A DNA stretch of 64,000 nucleotides from Eutreptiella sp. 'Long Island Sound 2002' (GCA_964036045.1 OZ038378.1:161262001-161326000); one strand, 5' to 3'; positions 46,832 through 59,115 are shown, numbered from the stretch's first letter. Made by a program: numbers and translations. Notes: generated by a model from the letters alone, not told the origin.

Positions 46832-47475
46832 CCATGCCAGCGTAGCGTTTTGTTTGGGGAATGCTGTAGGAGTTTTGCCATGATGCGTTCAAGTTGACGG
46901 GTGCCGGAGAAGATGAATTGATCTGGCGTTCTTCCCAGTTTCTTCGCTGCTGTGTAGTGTAGTGCCATGGCCCAGGTTGCGCCATAGTCGCTGAGGGGTC
47001 CGGTGTACCACTTGTGGTTGATCTTCTGGTCCCAAAAGGTGACTCTCCTTGCCAGCCCATTGATGTGTCGTAGCTTGAGGGTCGCTGCTGCCGAGATTCG
47101 AAGGCCCATAATCGTCGACAATACTGCTGCTGCGACCACACACCATTCCATCGGTGTGTTGGCCGCCTCTGTCATCTCCGCGAGTGCCGCAAAAGATCCC
47201 CACTCCGGGGGGGCGCGTGTTTGTCTTTTTGCTGCTGCCTTTGGTAATTTGCCCATGCCTGTCGGGATGGGTTTGTCCAGGTACCCCAACGTCCCAGCCC
47301 AGGCCGCTGCTGATAGGATGGTGCGCACAACACTCGGTGATGACCCATTTTGTAGTTCTGCTGTGACTTGGGCATCCCAGGCTTGCGTCGTTGTCCAGTG
47401 TGGTCTCGCCCAGTGTACCTGGTACAATTTTCTGAGGCCAGTGCGGTACGTTCGCAGCGTACTAAGCTCCCACAT
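46582..47475 (-). CDS. Tyrosine recombinase (YR), intact 297-aa ORF
   Basis: Catalytic set GLRIS (R), WDQK (K), HGWRR (HxxR), CRWRS (W) and ARQY (Y). Confidence 0.92.
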   Translation of the reverse strand: MWELSTLRTYRTGLRKLYQVHWARPHWTTTQAWDAQVTAELQNGSSPSVVRTILSAAAWAGTLGYLDKPIPTGMGKLPKAAAKRQTRAPPEWGSFAALAEMTEAANTPMEWCVVAAAVLSTIMGLRISAAATLKLRHINGLARRVTFWDQKINHKWYTGPLSDYGATWAMALHYTAAKKLGRTPDQFIFSGTRQLERIMAKLLQHSPNKTLRWHGWRRLCAVTLAAAGSSTQKIKGWCRWRSTSTARQYMDCPQAERISKNPWVPLPPNPTKKAPVSRAAKRSTGDLATDRNHQQMR

Positions 47476-47547
47476 CCATGCTTTAGTGTCCCACAGGTAT
47501 TTCTCAATTCCCCTTTCTCTGCGTTGGATGATTCCTTGGATTCCAAA

Positions 47548-48918
47548 CTAGGCCTTTCGGAATGCAGGCCAGCCCCGGGGCATTCCAAGGTGGTCCTCAG
47601 TATCTTCATCCCCTTTGACTTGTGGAATTGCTTCCTCCTGTGGTACGTGCTGTTCTCCTCCCCTTCCACTATCCACAGCAATGCCTGGGTGTTGTGGGTC
47701 TTCCTCCTCTGAGATCCACAAATCTGGGCAGTCCCAGATCCAGTGTGTCCTCCCACACTGGTTGCAGCTGGCAGGTGGGGAGCCTGCGATGTTACAGCAA
47801 AGGCTGTCCCCTTTTGTTACGTAGTACACCACATCATCCAGCTTCACAAATTTGAATGGACCTCCTGTTGTGTCTTCATAGAAGGTTTTTCCTCCCTCAG
47901 CCACGATTTTCGCCAGTGGGATGCCACTCTTCTTGTTCTTGGCTGTCTGATTCCCTTTCCAGGGCTTCCTCTCGGGCCATTTCTCCTCCCTCCGATGAAC
48001 GATCCGTATCTGCTGGAGTAGGTTTGCTGGCTCTCCCGTATCAATCCCCAGGCCTATTTAGCCAGTGCATCGCCTTTGGAATTTTCATTGGAGTCCAGGT
48101 ACTCAATCACCGATCCGCATAGTGACGTCATCCACTTCGGTAATCCCTCCTTTTCCAGGAACTTTTTGATGTTCTCCGTCGTGGCTTCTTCAAATTCATC
48201 TTTCTCCGCCTATTTAGCCTCCAGTTCTTTCACCCTCTGTGACAATGCCTCCACCTCACTGTCCTTCTGGTCTTCACGGCGTTCTCGCCCTTTTCCTTTG
48301 GCTCCTTCATCTACCACCTTTTGGAAGAAGATCTTCACCCCGGAGTCCACCTTTCCGCAAACCATCTTGCTATTGGAGAATTTCTCGTAGGCAGCCAGGG
48401 CTTTCTCCTTCTTCCATTTGTGTTCCTTCTTGCCAGCCGGTCAATTCTGCTTGGGTTGTTTTCGCTGTGAGACCCACTGGTGCCAGCATCATTCCCGTGA
48501 AGGCCCCTGCCTGGCTCAGCTCGGAGTCACTCACCGCTGTCCGGTAGACCGTATATCCTCCGATCAAAAAATTCATCAAGTCTTGCTTCTGATCTCCTTT
48601 CCAAAAGATTTGTACATCCTCCACCGAGTCCACAGCATCCTCAAACGTACCTTCAGGGATCTTCATGACCTTGTCACAGCACATCTCATAGACTGCTATA
48701 GCCTGCAACAGTCGTGCCGCGTCTTGCTGCCATCCCGAGGCCTGTCCCAGCGCATCGAGCCATGGTCCATGTTCCACGCCTGCGCCCTGGATTCTGGTTA
48801 GGACTTCAACAGCTCCTTTCGCTACATCTTCTTTCCCACGGGCTTCCACAAATAGGTCGAGGTGTTGTCCCGTCACGAACTGCACAAACGTCAAGTTTCC
48901 CAGGTTTGCTTCAGCCAT
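47548..48918 (-). pseudogene. gag-like ORF of the YR element
   Basis: ATG 48918 (MAEANLGNL), then a charged helical region broken by stops and frameshifts. The C-terminal knuckle CNQCGRTHWIWDC (CX2CX3HX4C) is in ORF 47548..47904. Confidence 0.75.
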
Positions 48919-48943
48919 TTTAATGCACAGGGGGGGGGTAGCA

Positions 48944-49056
48944 GTGCCCTCAATCCCCAAATCTAAAAAGATTCTAAGATGAAGATAGGAATCATATTTA
49001 TATCAGATTCAGAGTGCATTGGGGGAAATGCTTGCATTCCCTACGGGAATGCTGGT
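48944..49056 (-). repeat. Split direct repeat A1 (5' terminus)
   Basis: gtgccctcaat...gggaatgctggt matches 44171-44283. Confidence 0.92.
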
Positions 49057-49737
49057 GCTAAGGTTTCTTCAAAATTCATCCAAGTTTTCTCGGCTAGATG
49101 AGCCCCTACAAAAACACCCTGCTTACCACAAAACAGAGCACATGAGTAGGGTTGGGTTGGGGTTGGAGGTAGGTCCGTGTAGAAGACGAGAGGTCTGCAA
49201 AGCAGACGATCCCCGTGCTACAGGACCACTGAGCAACTGATCTGAGAACTCTCAAATGGTGGTGCAACAGATCCTGGTCCACTAGGAAGGGGTCAAACAA
49301 AGGCAGATGGGTTGGCCATGACACACAAATGCGCAATGAAGACGGGCAAAAGAAGAGGGGCCAAGATCTGCAGAAACCAACCACCTTTATATACATCAGT
49401 TTGCTACAGAGAGGGGGGCTGAGCGGATCAAATCCAGTCAAAATTCATTTCCAATAACTCTAATGCTTAAAAATCGTGTCAAACCTCAGAAATGCTAGTT
49501 TTCAGTCACGTCAGAATACACAGGGCAAGAAAGTGAAAATGCAGCGGTGCACAAAGGTCTGGGGAAAACTTCGCTGAACAAAACCCTGATTGCCAAAAAA
49601 ATGCCCAAATCCTTAGAAAAGGCTGCAAAACTTCGTCCGCATATATTCTGACGAGCCCGAAGTGGACGACCGCCCACCGACAAGGACTACCCTACCGGTC
49701 TATTCTCTCTCTCTCTCGTGGCCGTATGGCCCTCTAA

Positions 49738-50903
49738 GGGGGTGTTTCTGCACAGCGCGCGCACAGCGCGTGCACAGCGCGCGCACATCGCGCGCACAGC
49801 GCCAAATAGTAATGCTACTTTCCTATGAGCAGGATTGAGAGGACAGCACAAGCATACCAGCCTGAAGTTCCTGGTCGTAGGTGCTGTAGTTAGGCGGGAA
49901 GAAAATTGGTTTGGGAGGGGGAGATGGCACGGAAGCCCATTTTCCCAACCCCCCCCCCCCCCTCCTTGGTCGCCGTGCCGGGACGCAGTCTGGGGGGCAA
50001 GCCGGTTGGCCAGTCAGCCGCCGGGGCCCCCAGGGGGGGGTCGGTGGGTACCCCAACATACATACCTCAAAATGATCCCCATGACGCGCTGATCATTTTG
50101 AACATACACAAGGGGTAAAAAAATTTTTCAAAAAAAATTTTCCCGTTAGCTCAGGCTCCCATCAGCCAAGGTCCGACCCATAGGTCGAGTCGGGGGTCAA
50201 ACTTTTTTCTTGTGTTTTTCACCCATTTTTGAATTCTCCAGAAAATTCTGAGTATTTTGAGTGTAGACACATACGGTAAACTAGAAAAAATTTTCCCCTT
50301 GGGAGGCCAAAAAAAATTTTCCGGCGCCTTCGGCGCCATCAATTTCCCCCAAACTAAACATACAACAAGGGTCCCGGCACGGAAGCCCATTTTCCCAACC
50401 CCCCACCTTCAGAGGGCGCCCGTGGCACCCCCCCCCGCCCAAGCAATTTTCGGGTCGCCTTAGCTCAGGCCTGGTTCCATTTCCAGTTCAAGTTTCCCAG
50501 GGAACCAGGGAACCAGGCGCCATTCATTAGAGGGATAGTCGTGTTTCATGGTACCATCCCGGTTCAACCCTGAAATTCTGTAGTGGCAATGAGTCAGCCA
50601 CACCGAAGCGTGGGAGTCCTTAACCCCAACTCGAGGGGCCTCCAGCGTAGAGGAGAGAACTGTGGACCGGTAATCCTCAATAGCACCGGAAGGTTAACGA
50701 ATCCGTGGGTGTCAGTAAGGAGGAAAACGGGAAAAGAGGGGGAGAACTGGGGAAAATGGGGGGAAACTTTGCCCGGCACGCTAACGTTCCCACCTTAACC
50801 CCAACGCTATGAACATCAGAAGTGGCTACCCCAAAATGGCCTACTTTTCGCACAGCGCGCGCACAGCGCGTGCACAGCGCGCGCACAGCGCACGCAACGC
50901 CCC
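49738..50903. mobile_element. Non-autonomous PIF/Harbinger (Tourist-like) element
   Basis: Flanked by TAA (49735-37 and 50904-06). Ends are GGGGGTGTTTC and, by reverse complement, GGGGCGTTGC. Arrays of 11-bp GCACAGCGCGC lie inside both ends. No transposase. Confidence 0.6.
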
Positions 50904-52186
50904 CTAATAAGACCCTGATGTTGGCAGTATGCCTCCTCTTGCAGTGCACCCATGGGCGCATGTGGCACATGAAGAGCTAATGCGTATGTACAGCAAGTGG
51001 TCTGCCTTCGAGTACATCCAAGGACCACTGCAGTGCAGAATACCGAGGGAGAAAGGATGGGTTGGCGTTTCATTGAAGGTTGTCACCTGAAGGCAGCCAA
51101 TAGTCACCTGGAGGGCAGTTCTTTGGTACTTGACCGCCATTGACATCTGCTGTGCTGCGTGGGTGCTCTTACAACGCCCTGCCCTGCTGATTACACGATT
51201 GCACAAGCACCGTTGAGCTTTCAGCAGCAATTTTGTGTTTTGCCCCACATGGCACGCATTTCTTCATGTACTGTCCCATCTCCTCAAGGGAGGATGAAAA
51301 CACAGCCAGTGTCTCATGCACATACAATGCTGAGTGTAGGTCATCCATGTTCTTCCCCTGGTCAGTCGAACAAGGCCTGTCTGGATTTTTGCTGTCTCAA
51401 CACTGTTGAATGGCGTCTAGAGTCTGTCCATGGGCCGGAGGCTGCAGTGGCCCTTAGGCAGCACATCTATCAGGAAACTGAATACAGAGGAATGCGCTGT
51501 TTGAACCTGCGTCCCAAGAACCCTCTTTCCTTTGCCTTCAGGAAGGCGTTTTTTTTTAACTACAACGAGGGGGGGAGGTCTCAACGAGGGATTCTTCGCC
51601 ATGTGTGCGCCATGTGCAACACCATTTGGCGGAAACCCCAAGAATACGGCCCATTTCAAGGATCCATAACATAGCACCAAAAACCTGCATGGAAACGGAC
51701 CTGTTCAGCCTATGAGTCCGTTGGTGCAGTGCAAAGGAATCAAGGTATCTCCTTCTGAATGGAGTGCTGGACTGTCTATGTACAGCTTGGGTTGAAAGCC
51801 ACGCAAATAGATGAGTTTGAACAGCCAAATGTGACAAATTGCGGCAGCATGTCTATACCTGCATCTGTGGTGGATGAGTCCCTAAAATCCCTCAGTGTAG
51901 CAACATGCCGTACTTTTGGACAGCAAAAGGGCCTCACAGCTGCCATGTGCACGCCCCGTTCAGCATGCTTCCCTCAAAAGGCCCCGCAAAATGGGGGTAG
52001 GCTGTCCGTGTTCAGATAACTCTTTGGGGGCGTGTCAAAAATGGGTGGATCTTTTGTCTAAATACCAGGCAAATGTTGAATTTTCTGATTCCCATTGCTG
52101 CGCTGATTCCAAAAATACTATTTTCGCTTTCTGAATTCTATTGCCTTTGGCAATGCACCTCAAAGAGGGAGCCCCCACCCCATCCT

Positions 52187-52504
52187 GGCACCCTATGCCC
52201 AAATAGGGCCAAAAACACATAAACAAAGCCTAAAACATGCTTTACATGGATGTGAGTGGTCATAACATCAAAAAAACGAGTCTTGAAAATCTCGATTTTC
52301 GAGCTGTACAGGGTGAAAAACAGGTTGTGCACCAGTCCATGGGGAGACCTCCCCCGGCACCCAATACCCAAATAGGGTGAAACACACATAAACAAGGCTT
52401 ACCTAGGATGCATGATCATTGTGAGTGGTCACAACATTAAAATGCATTTCGAAAATTTCAATTTTTGAGCTGCGGAGGGTGAAAAACTGCATAAGCAGGT
52501 TGTG
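52187..52504. repeat. Degenerate tandem duplication, period about 169 bp
   Basis: ggcacc...cccaaataggg...cacataaacaa...tgtgagtggtca...gggtgaaaaac...caggttgtg occurs at 52187 and 52356. Confidence 0.8.
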
Positions 52505-53610
52505 TAAAAAAGCGAATTCGAATTTGGGGCAAATTTGGGCTTCAAATTCAAACTCGTAAATTCGGAACACACTAGAACTCTCAGGGCAGTTCAACCGAAT
52601 TCGGCAAGTTCAGGGCAAATCCGGGCTTCAAATTCGAATTCGCAAATTCGGCCTCAGGCGCGTTGAGGCCCCACAGGGCAGGGGGGGGGGGGCAGTCGGA
52701 GGTACCCGGAGATAAAACTCGGGGCCTCCACCATTAGTTATGGGGTTCATATTGAAGAAAGAAGCAGAGTGGGACGCTGGTCTGGATCCACGCATAGTGG
52801 TAGCTGTAGGCCAACCAAGTATTGCTCGCCACAGTGCAGATATGCCTATAACAGCACTTTTGGAGCCCAATATGCACCACTGGGAAGGCCTAATGGGTGC
52901 TGAATGGCTTCCCATGGGTTTCTGTGTTCCACTGTCACCAAATGATCACCCCTCTTAGCCCAAGCGTCCCCAGGGCCCGTCAAGGGTCGCCAGACAAAGT
53001 GCATTTTTCAGCCAACCCATGCAAGCCATTTCCAGTGGAAACAGTGATTCCGGATCACACAGGCCATGACTGGCCATAGGCAAGGCTAGAGGGTGCAAAA
53101 TTGTCCTTTTGTATCCTAGCATGGGTATGCTGTCACAACATCCCCAATCCCCAAAATGGCCGAAAACTACATCAATCGCATAAGTGTTCATCCCACTATA
53201 CCGAGACAAACCCCATGGAGTCAGGACCGAAAGCACTTCTTTGGCTCAAAATTGAAAGAAACCGAAAGATTCATGACTTTCTAAAAAAGGGGGGGGACTC
53301 ATTTTTTTTACCCCCCCCCTTCCCCCCCAATCCCCCTGAAAAGGGGGTTTCTGGTGTGTCTGTGGGGAGGGGGGGGGGGGGGGGGGTTCGCGACCAAAAA
53401 CTCATTGGGGGGTACTTTTAGTGGATAAAACAATCACCTTACGAGGGGTTAAATCACCGATTCAACCCCTTGAGCTAGGGTATGCGAATGGGCCGTAATG
53501 GGGGTATGTGGCGTTTTCCCATACATGCGGGCCTGCATTGCTTTGATCTAACAACCCCTGCAAGGTGATTAATGATTTCCGGGTCAAAAAATGGGTGGAA
53601 CCCACGGGAT

Positions 53611-53923
53611 GGGGTAGGACAGGATGTGGCTATTCAGACTGTCATCACAAGTATGCTGACGCCATCGCCAACACCGACCCTCGACCAGCCAACACAGTTG
53701 AAAAAATGCAGACTTTCTCCCACACGCTGACAAATCCTGAAAAGGCTCCCTTCCCTTTTTCAGAAAAGGCAAGCGGGTGCTGCTATCCACACCCATACCG
53801 AATGTGCAGAGCCACGAAGGGACATGCACTCACCTAATACAACTGATGGCTACAGGTGACCAGCCCAGCACACTTGCTGGTGTACAACTGGGGAACGCAA
53901 AAATGCTGTCAATTGCACTTGCT
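53611..53923 (+). repeat. About 310-bp direct repeat, copy 1
   Basis: ggggtaggacaggatgtggc...caattgcacttgct recurs at 55641-55957 with small indels. Confidence 0.9.
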
Positions 53924-55640
53924 GAGCTTGCCTTTTTGAAGGCTCGCTTCGGAGCTCCACGGAATACCACACCAGAGCAAAGCAGTTTTTTTTTTTTGGT
54001 CCAGAGCAAGATGAGCTGGCGTACCCTGTTCATCATCTGGTACTCGAGACAACGTCCCGGAATCAAGGTTCAGAGCTGTCCGGTGCTACGATGATCCCAC
54101 AAGTGACTGTGGTAACGGATCTGGCATGTAGTGAGGAGTAGCTGAGTCTGAAACCAGGTTATGCAGTGGGAGACTGCCACGCCCGTAGGCTTCCCAGTGT
54201 GCATGAGGCACAATGACTGTAGGCTGAAAACAAAACAGCGATGTGAGGACTGAAGGCTGAAATGAATCAGCGGGTTGCAGTGCATACAATATCAGTTCCA
54301 GAGAAGAAGGGGGAGACGACATTCAGGCATAGCTGGTAACTGTTCACTACGGGGCTAAGGACACTGTTGCCCCAATTCCAGTTTAGGGTGAGTGGGGACG
54401 GTGGCACACAGAAAAGGACTGGGGAGAAAGCTAAAACACAAGCGGGGTTACGGCGCGCTGGGGGGTGACTTTCCACACCTGTGGGGGAAAAGATAGAAAG
54501 GGGGACGAAGCCACAGGAGGGCCAACCTGTCATTGGTTGGTGGAAAAAATATTAACTGGCGTGCAGCTGACACCACCGACAAATGAAAGGATCAAGTGTC
54601 AAGGACTGTCATCGCAACTCTGACTCTGAGGAGGTTTGGGGAATGCGGGGCATGCGGACCCTTTTTGGGTTGGAGTATTCCGAGGTACAGGGCAGTGAAC
54701 GCTTTTGGAGGTGATGCATGGTGGCTGCAGGAGCTCGGAAAAGATCCTCCACAATAGACCAGTTTTCCCTCAAAAGATGAGTGGCGACTTTGGTAAGTTG
54801 CTGCATCGACCAATGCCTCAAAGTACGCAGGGATTGAACCCACAAGTTTTCTTTCTTTATCTTACACGTTTCCATCAGTGTGTCGTAATAGTCAAGAAGA
54901 AAAGTCCCCTGGCGCCTCCAAAGGATGATGCGGCGACGCGAAGTAGCAATGGAAGTGTGTAGGTTTGTGTAACACTGTCGCACGCGCTTGTGAAAATGCC
55001 GCAGAAGAGAGGCTTCCGTGCATTGATCATACTGGAGGAATCGACTCCCTAACTCCATATCCCATCGCCGGTGTCGCATGAGGGTTTGGGCAAAGTGTTT
55101 GAATTCCCTGAGCGCAGTAGACTGGTACTCTGAAGCAGGGTGGGGTAGTGAGGGGTGGGGGAATACCACACCAGAGCAAAGCAGTTCAAAAAGTTCAGTT
55201 TTAGTACAAACACCCACACCCACCCACACCCACACACACACACACACACACACACGCAATCTCTGTCTCTGTCTGTCTCTTCAAACAGAACCCGAAGGCA
55301 ATTCGAAGACGGAGGGGGCGGGGGTTGTGAAAAAGAGGCCGGATCATTAAATGGCTGTTGTAAAATATGGAACCGAGGTGGCAGAAATTTGTTTTTTGGG
55401 GTGGGGTGATAAGGTGGTCGAAAGTTCAGCAAAAGACCATGCAGACCAAAACCTTGAGGCTGGCTCCCTCCGATATACATTGCCATTTCGCCTGACGGGG
55501 CTTCGGCCCTCGCCACTCACGAAGGCCGGTTCGCCTTCTTGTGGGATGTCCAAACAGTCACAATGCTGAGGAGCTACAGGGATTCTCGCTACTACATGGC
55601 GGCAGCTGCCTTCATACCCGACGGTAGAAGTGCGTTACTT

Positions 55641-55957
55641 GGGGTAGGACAGGATGTGGCTATTCAGTCATAAGTATGCTGACGCCATCGCCAACACCGA
55701 CCCTCGACCAGCCAACACAGTTGAAAAAATGGATGCCCCTCTCTGACTTTCTCCCACACGCTGACAAATCCTGAAAGGGCTCCCTTGCCTTTTTCAGAAA
55801 AGGCAAGCGGGTGCTGCTATCCACACCCATACCGAATGCGCAGAGCCACGAAGGGGCATGCACTCACCTAATACAACTGATGGCTACAGGTGACCAGCCG
55901 AGCACACTTGCTGGTGTACAACTGGGGAACGCAAAAATGCTGTCAATTGCACTTGCT
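55641..55957 (+). repeat. About 310-bp direct repeat, copy 2
   Basis: Matches 53611-53923. Confidence 0.9.
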
Positions 55958-58239
55958 AAGACATTTACGCCAGACATTTGTGTCCCAACCACTGTTCAAA
56001 CCGCCTGTACTTGCCTTTGCAACTGAACCCCCTTTGGGCCCGTTTCTCCTGAAGCGCATCCCTGGGGATGGGGTCAGACAGAAGAGAGGAGGTTGTGTTG
56101 AGTGACATCGCCTGAGTCGGACCTGTAGTACAGACTACAGCACCACGTGTACGATTGACAGAGGACTCACCAATGGGGTGGGCTGAGGATCTGGATCCCC
56201 CCGAGGCCCGGGAGCCGCGGTGAGTGTGATGTCCTCTGGCAAGCCTCACCAGTCTCAATACCTGCAGACCTGGTCCTGTGGTCCAGTGGCTCGGCCCTGA
56301 CCTCGTGCATCATGTCTCAGACTGTGCACCGCTGCCCGTGTGTCTTCGACACTGTGGCACGTTGTGGGACCTGCGGTGGCTGCCACTGCTTGCGGGTGAG
56401 CGCAGATACTCCACTGACTGCCTTGCGTAGGGCCCCCAGCGCCCCCGGTCAGGACCATGAATTAACATGGTTGTGTATGCAGGTGAGCTGTATGGGCATC
56501 GTGTATGGAAACTTCACTGCGCCGGTTGCGGACTGGGTCTGTGGTGGTTTGAGTCGCTCCGAGTCAAGTGCAGCCTGCGACACGGGCCACCGACGCAAAG
56601 GGTCGGTCTGGCTGCGTGCCTGGCAGGTGTTGGACACACTCCCATCCCATCCCCCCCCCCCCCCCCGAAGGGAGACACCATTCCAGGTCTTGGTAAGTGC
56701 AGAGCCTACGTGGCAACCTTCGCCCGATGCAATCCATTTGTCGGGCCAGTCAGCCAGTCAGCCTGAGGCTGGTCATTACCCCCCCCCCGCTCTCCTTGTC
56801 CAAACCATCCCCTGACCCAAGCACAACCAATTCGTTTGGATACCCTGAACACTTGCGATTTTGTTTGTAACAATGGAGCCCCGATCTAGCCCTCCCTGCC
56901 ATCCCCTCAGTCTGTTGTCTTGTTTGTGAAGGCGCTCACAGCGCTGGGAACCCGCCCACCCACCCGCAAGTGTCAAAGCCCCACGCCTGTGGGGAATGAA
57001 AGGACAGCCACGCGAGTTCTTCCAAAGTCATCCTGTACAGGCTGTCCATGCAGAATGGTACAACAGAGTTGCTGCGTGCTGGTGCAGGGCACGGGCTAAC
57101 AGAATTTATTGTCATGATTCAGGCTGTTGTTACTTATGAAAAACGCAGCATTGCCTGGTGGCCAGCGGCTGAGGATCACAGGTGTCAGCTGATCAGCGCG
57201 CCTTGTCTGACCTGTCCTGTCCTGGGGCATTTAGAGGACACCTCCTGATATCATGCACAGCCCGACGGTAGGGTGTGTGGGAGCAATGGGGCAGTCCCCG
57301 CTCAATCTGGCGCAGGGGCATCCTCCATTGGGCACCAACGAAGAGCAGCGCCAGGTAGCCTCCCCCTCCCGCAGGCCCCAGTGACCATTTAGCCAACGAC
57401 CCCACCACCCTCCCACAAGCCTGCGCTGGTGCAAGAAATCCCAGGAGTGCGATTCAACTCAGATGGGGCTGTATATGCACCAAGACAGTAAATCTGCAAT
57501 ACCCCTAGACTTACAACAGGGTCGTGGCAATCGCTTAGGTTTCCACGCAATGCCTTGAGGCTGAAAATGCTGGAACAAACTGCACTTTGCTGCAACGTTG
57601 GGCTGTGCGCCACGAGCTTCGAGAGAGCGTGCGTGGGCCATGCAGCAAATCAATGGTCAAACTGCGAGGTCCAGTTGGTCTGCAGCAAGCCATATGCTCG
57701 TGTCTGGTACCGACATTCTTTGCCTTTGAATGGCATGGCCTCAGATTGCCTTTGAATAGCATGGCCTCAGATCATTGAACTGTATGTGTCGGTAGGAGAG
57801 AGGAGGGGGTTGCTCAATTCTGCTGTTCTTGGGCCGTATGCCATGATAGCTAAATCATTGTTTTTCCCGTCAGAAGGCTCGGGCTCGTTATAGCTGACTT
57901 TTGACAATGCAATACTCTACCCCGATATCGGGCTGTGGACTGTCATGTCAGGACATGGAGTCACAATATGCCATGCGCTGATACGGGGCTCCGCACCGCC
58001 ATGCGCTCTCCTTGGACTGCTGCCTGCCGTGTCCTGACATCCCTGCGCTTTTCTCCACTGTGCCGTGAGATGGCGCTGTGCTCTACCAAGTCCTCTTGTG
58101 CGACGACAGCACAAGGGGTCATTGCGCTGCAGCGCAGCAAAGCTTCGAGCGAAGGGGCGAGATACTGCACTCAGGTCGCTCCTCACAAACAGCCCCCAAT
58201 GAGACCGCCAATCAAGCGTCACTGACCTTTGTACTGGGC

Positions 58240-59115
58240 CCTGACTGTCAACCCCAGCCCTACCTCAGCCGAGAGCCCCCCCCGAAAAAAAAATACTGCG
58301 TCTATCACGAGTCATCCCCCCGTGCTCATCCCCTGAGCACTTCCAGGGGATCACAGGCTGGGGCCCACGGTCAGGCAGTGAATGGGGCTTGGGGCTCAGG
58401 CAGCACCTCGAACCCGAAATGCGCCAGATGGCGCGCCGCCACGAGGCCATCGCCGCCATTATTGCCAGGGCCGCAGATGATGAGGACGTACTCCTTCTGG
58501 ACAGCACAGGCCACGCTCAGTCCTGCCAACTCCATGAGGCAGTCGATGGAGAAGCCACGCTCGCCCATGAGCTCGTCGAGGGCCTGGACCTGCGCCGCGT
58601 TCAGGTGCGTGAGCGGCGTTGCTTCGCCGGTCGCGGCAGCCATGGCCATGTAGTGCCTGTGCGGCGCGGCGTGCACGCTGGAGGAGTGCCCTGCGGCCGT
58701 GTGGCCGTGGAGGCGCTGCCACATTACACCTGAACCCATAGTTGCCAACCTCATCAGTCCCGTCCACTTGAAGGAGCCCGCGCCATAGGCCTGTGATGTC
58801 GAAGTGCTTGCGACAGAGGGCTTGCCGTTGTCATAGGCCTCATCGGATGAGGGCACCGCATGCCCCGCAGCCCCAGCAAAATTACGAGGGGCTGAGGCGG
58901 GTGTAGCCCGTGTGCAGAGGCTGGGCCCTCGTGATGGTCTGGCCCATCCACAGGCGGCGTGGTGCCACCAGTTGTAGGGGAATGTAGGCGTGGGTTCCGG
59001 GGCGGCGGGGCAGCAGAGCGCCAAGTGGCGAGTGCGCCAGCGTGAGGGACAGAAAAAGCACTGCACAGCCTGCGAGCAGACAGAGAGATTGTCTACTGCA
59101 CGTCTTTGGTGGCAT
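58240..59115 (-). pseudogene. NAXE: Decayed intronless copy of NAD(P)H-hydrate epimerase (YjeF N-terminal domain) with a long presequence
   Basis: [16 protein letters not shown] and [21 protein letters not shown] are hallmark YjeF_N motifs. LVIDAVF (the D-A-I-F-G motif) occurs downstream in another frame at about 58290-58311. There are small deletions, an early stop (58371) and a frameshift in the leader. Confidence 0.85.

Larger units (their letters stand above)
43980..49056 (-). mobile_element. Complete tyrosine-recombinase retrotransposon (DIRS order; VIPER/TATE-like gene order) with split direct repeats
   Basis: Minus-strand layout is A1 - gag - YR - RT/RH - B1 - A2 - spacer - B2, with no TSD. 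Confidence 0.93.

Noticed and set aside
54609-55259. 216-aa ORF as a host CDS
   Set aside because: It starts inside a (TG)n microsatellite and has no recognisable domain; recorded only as coding-like in a finding.
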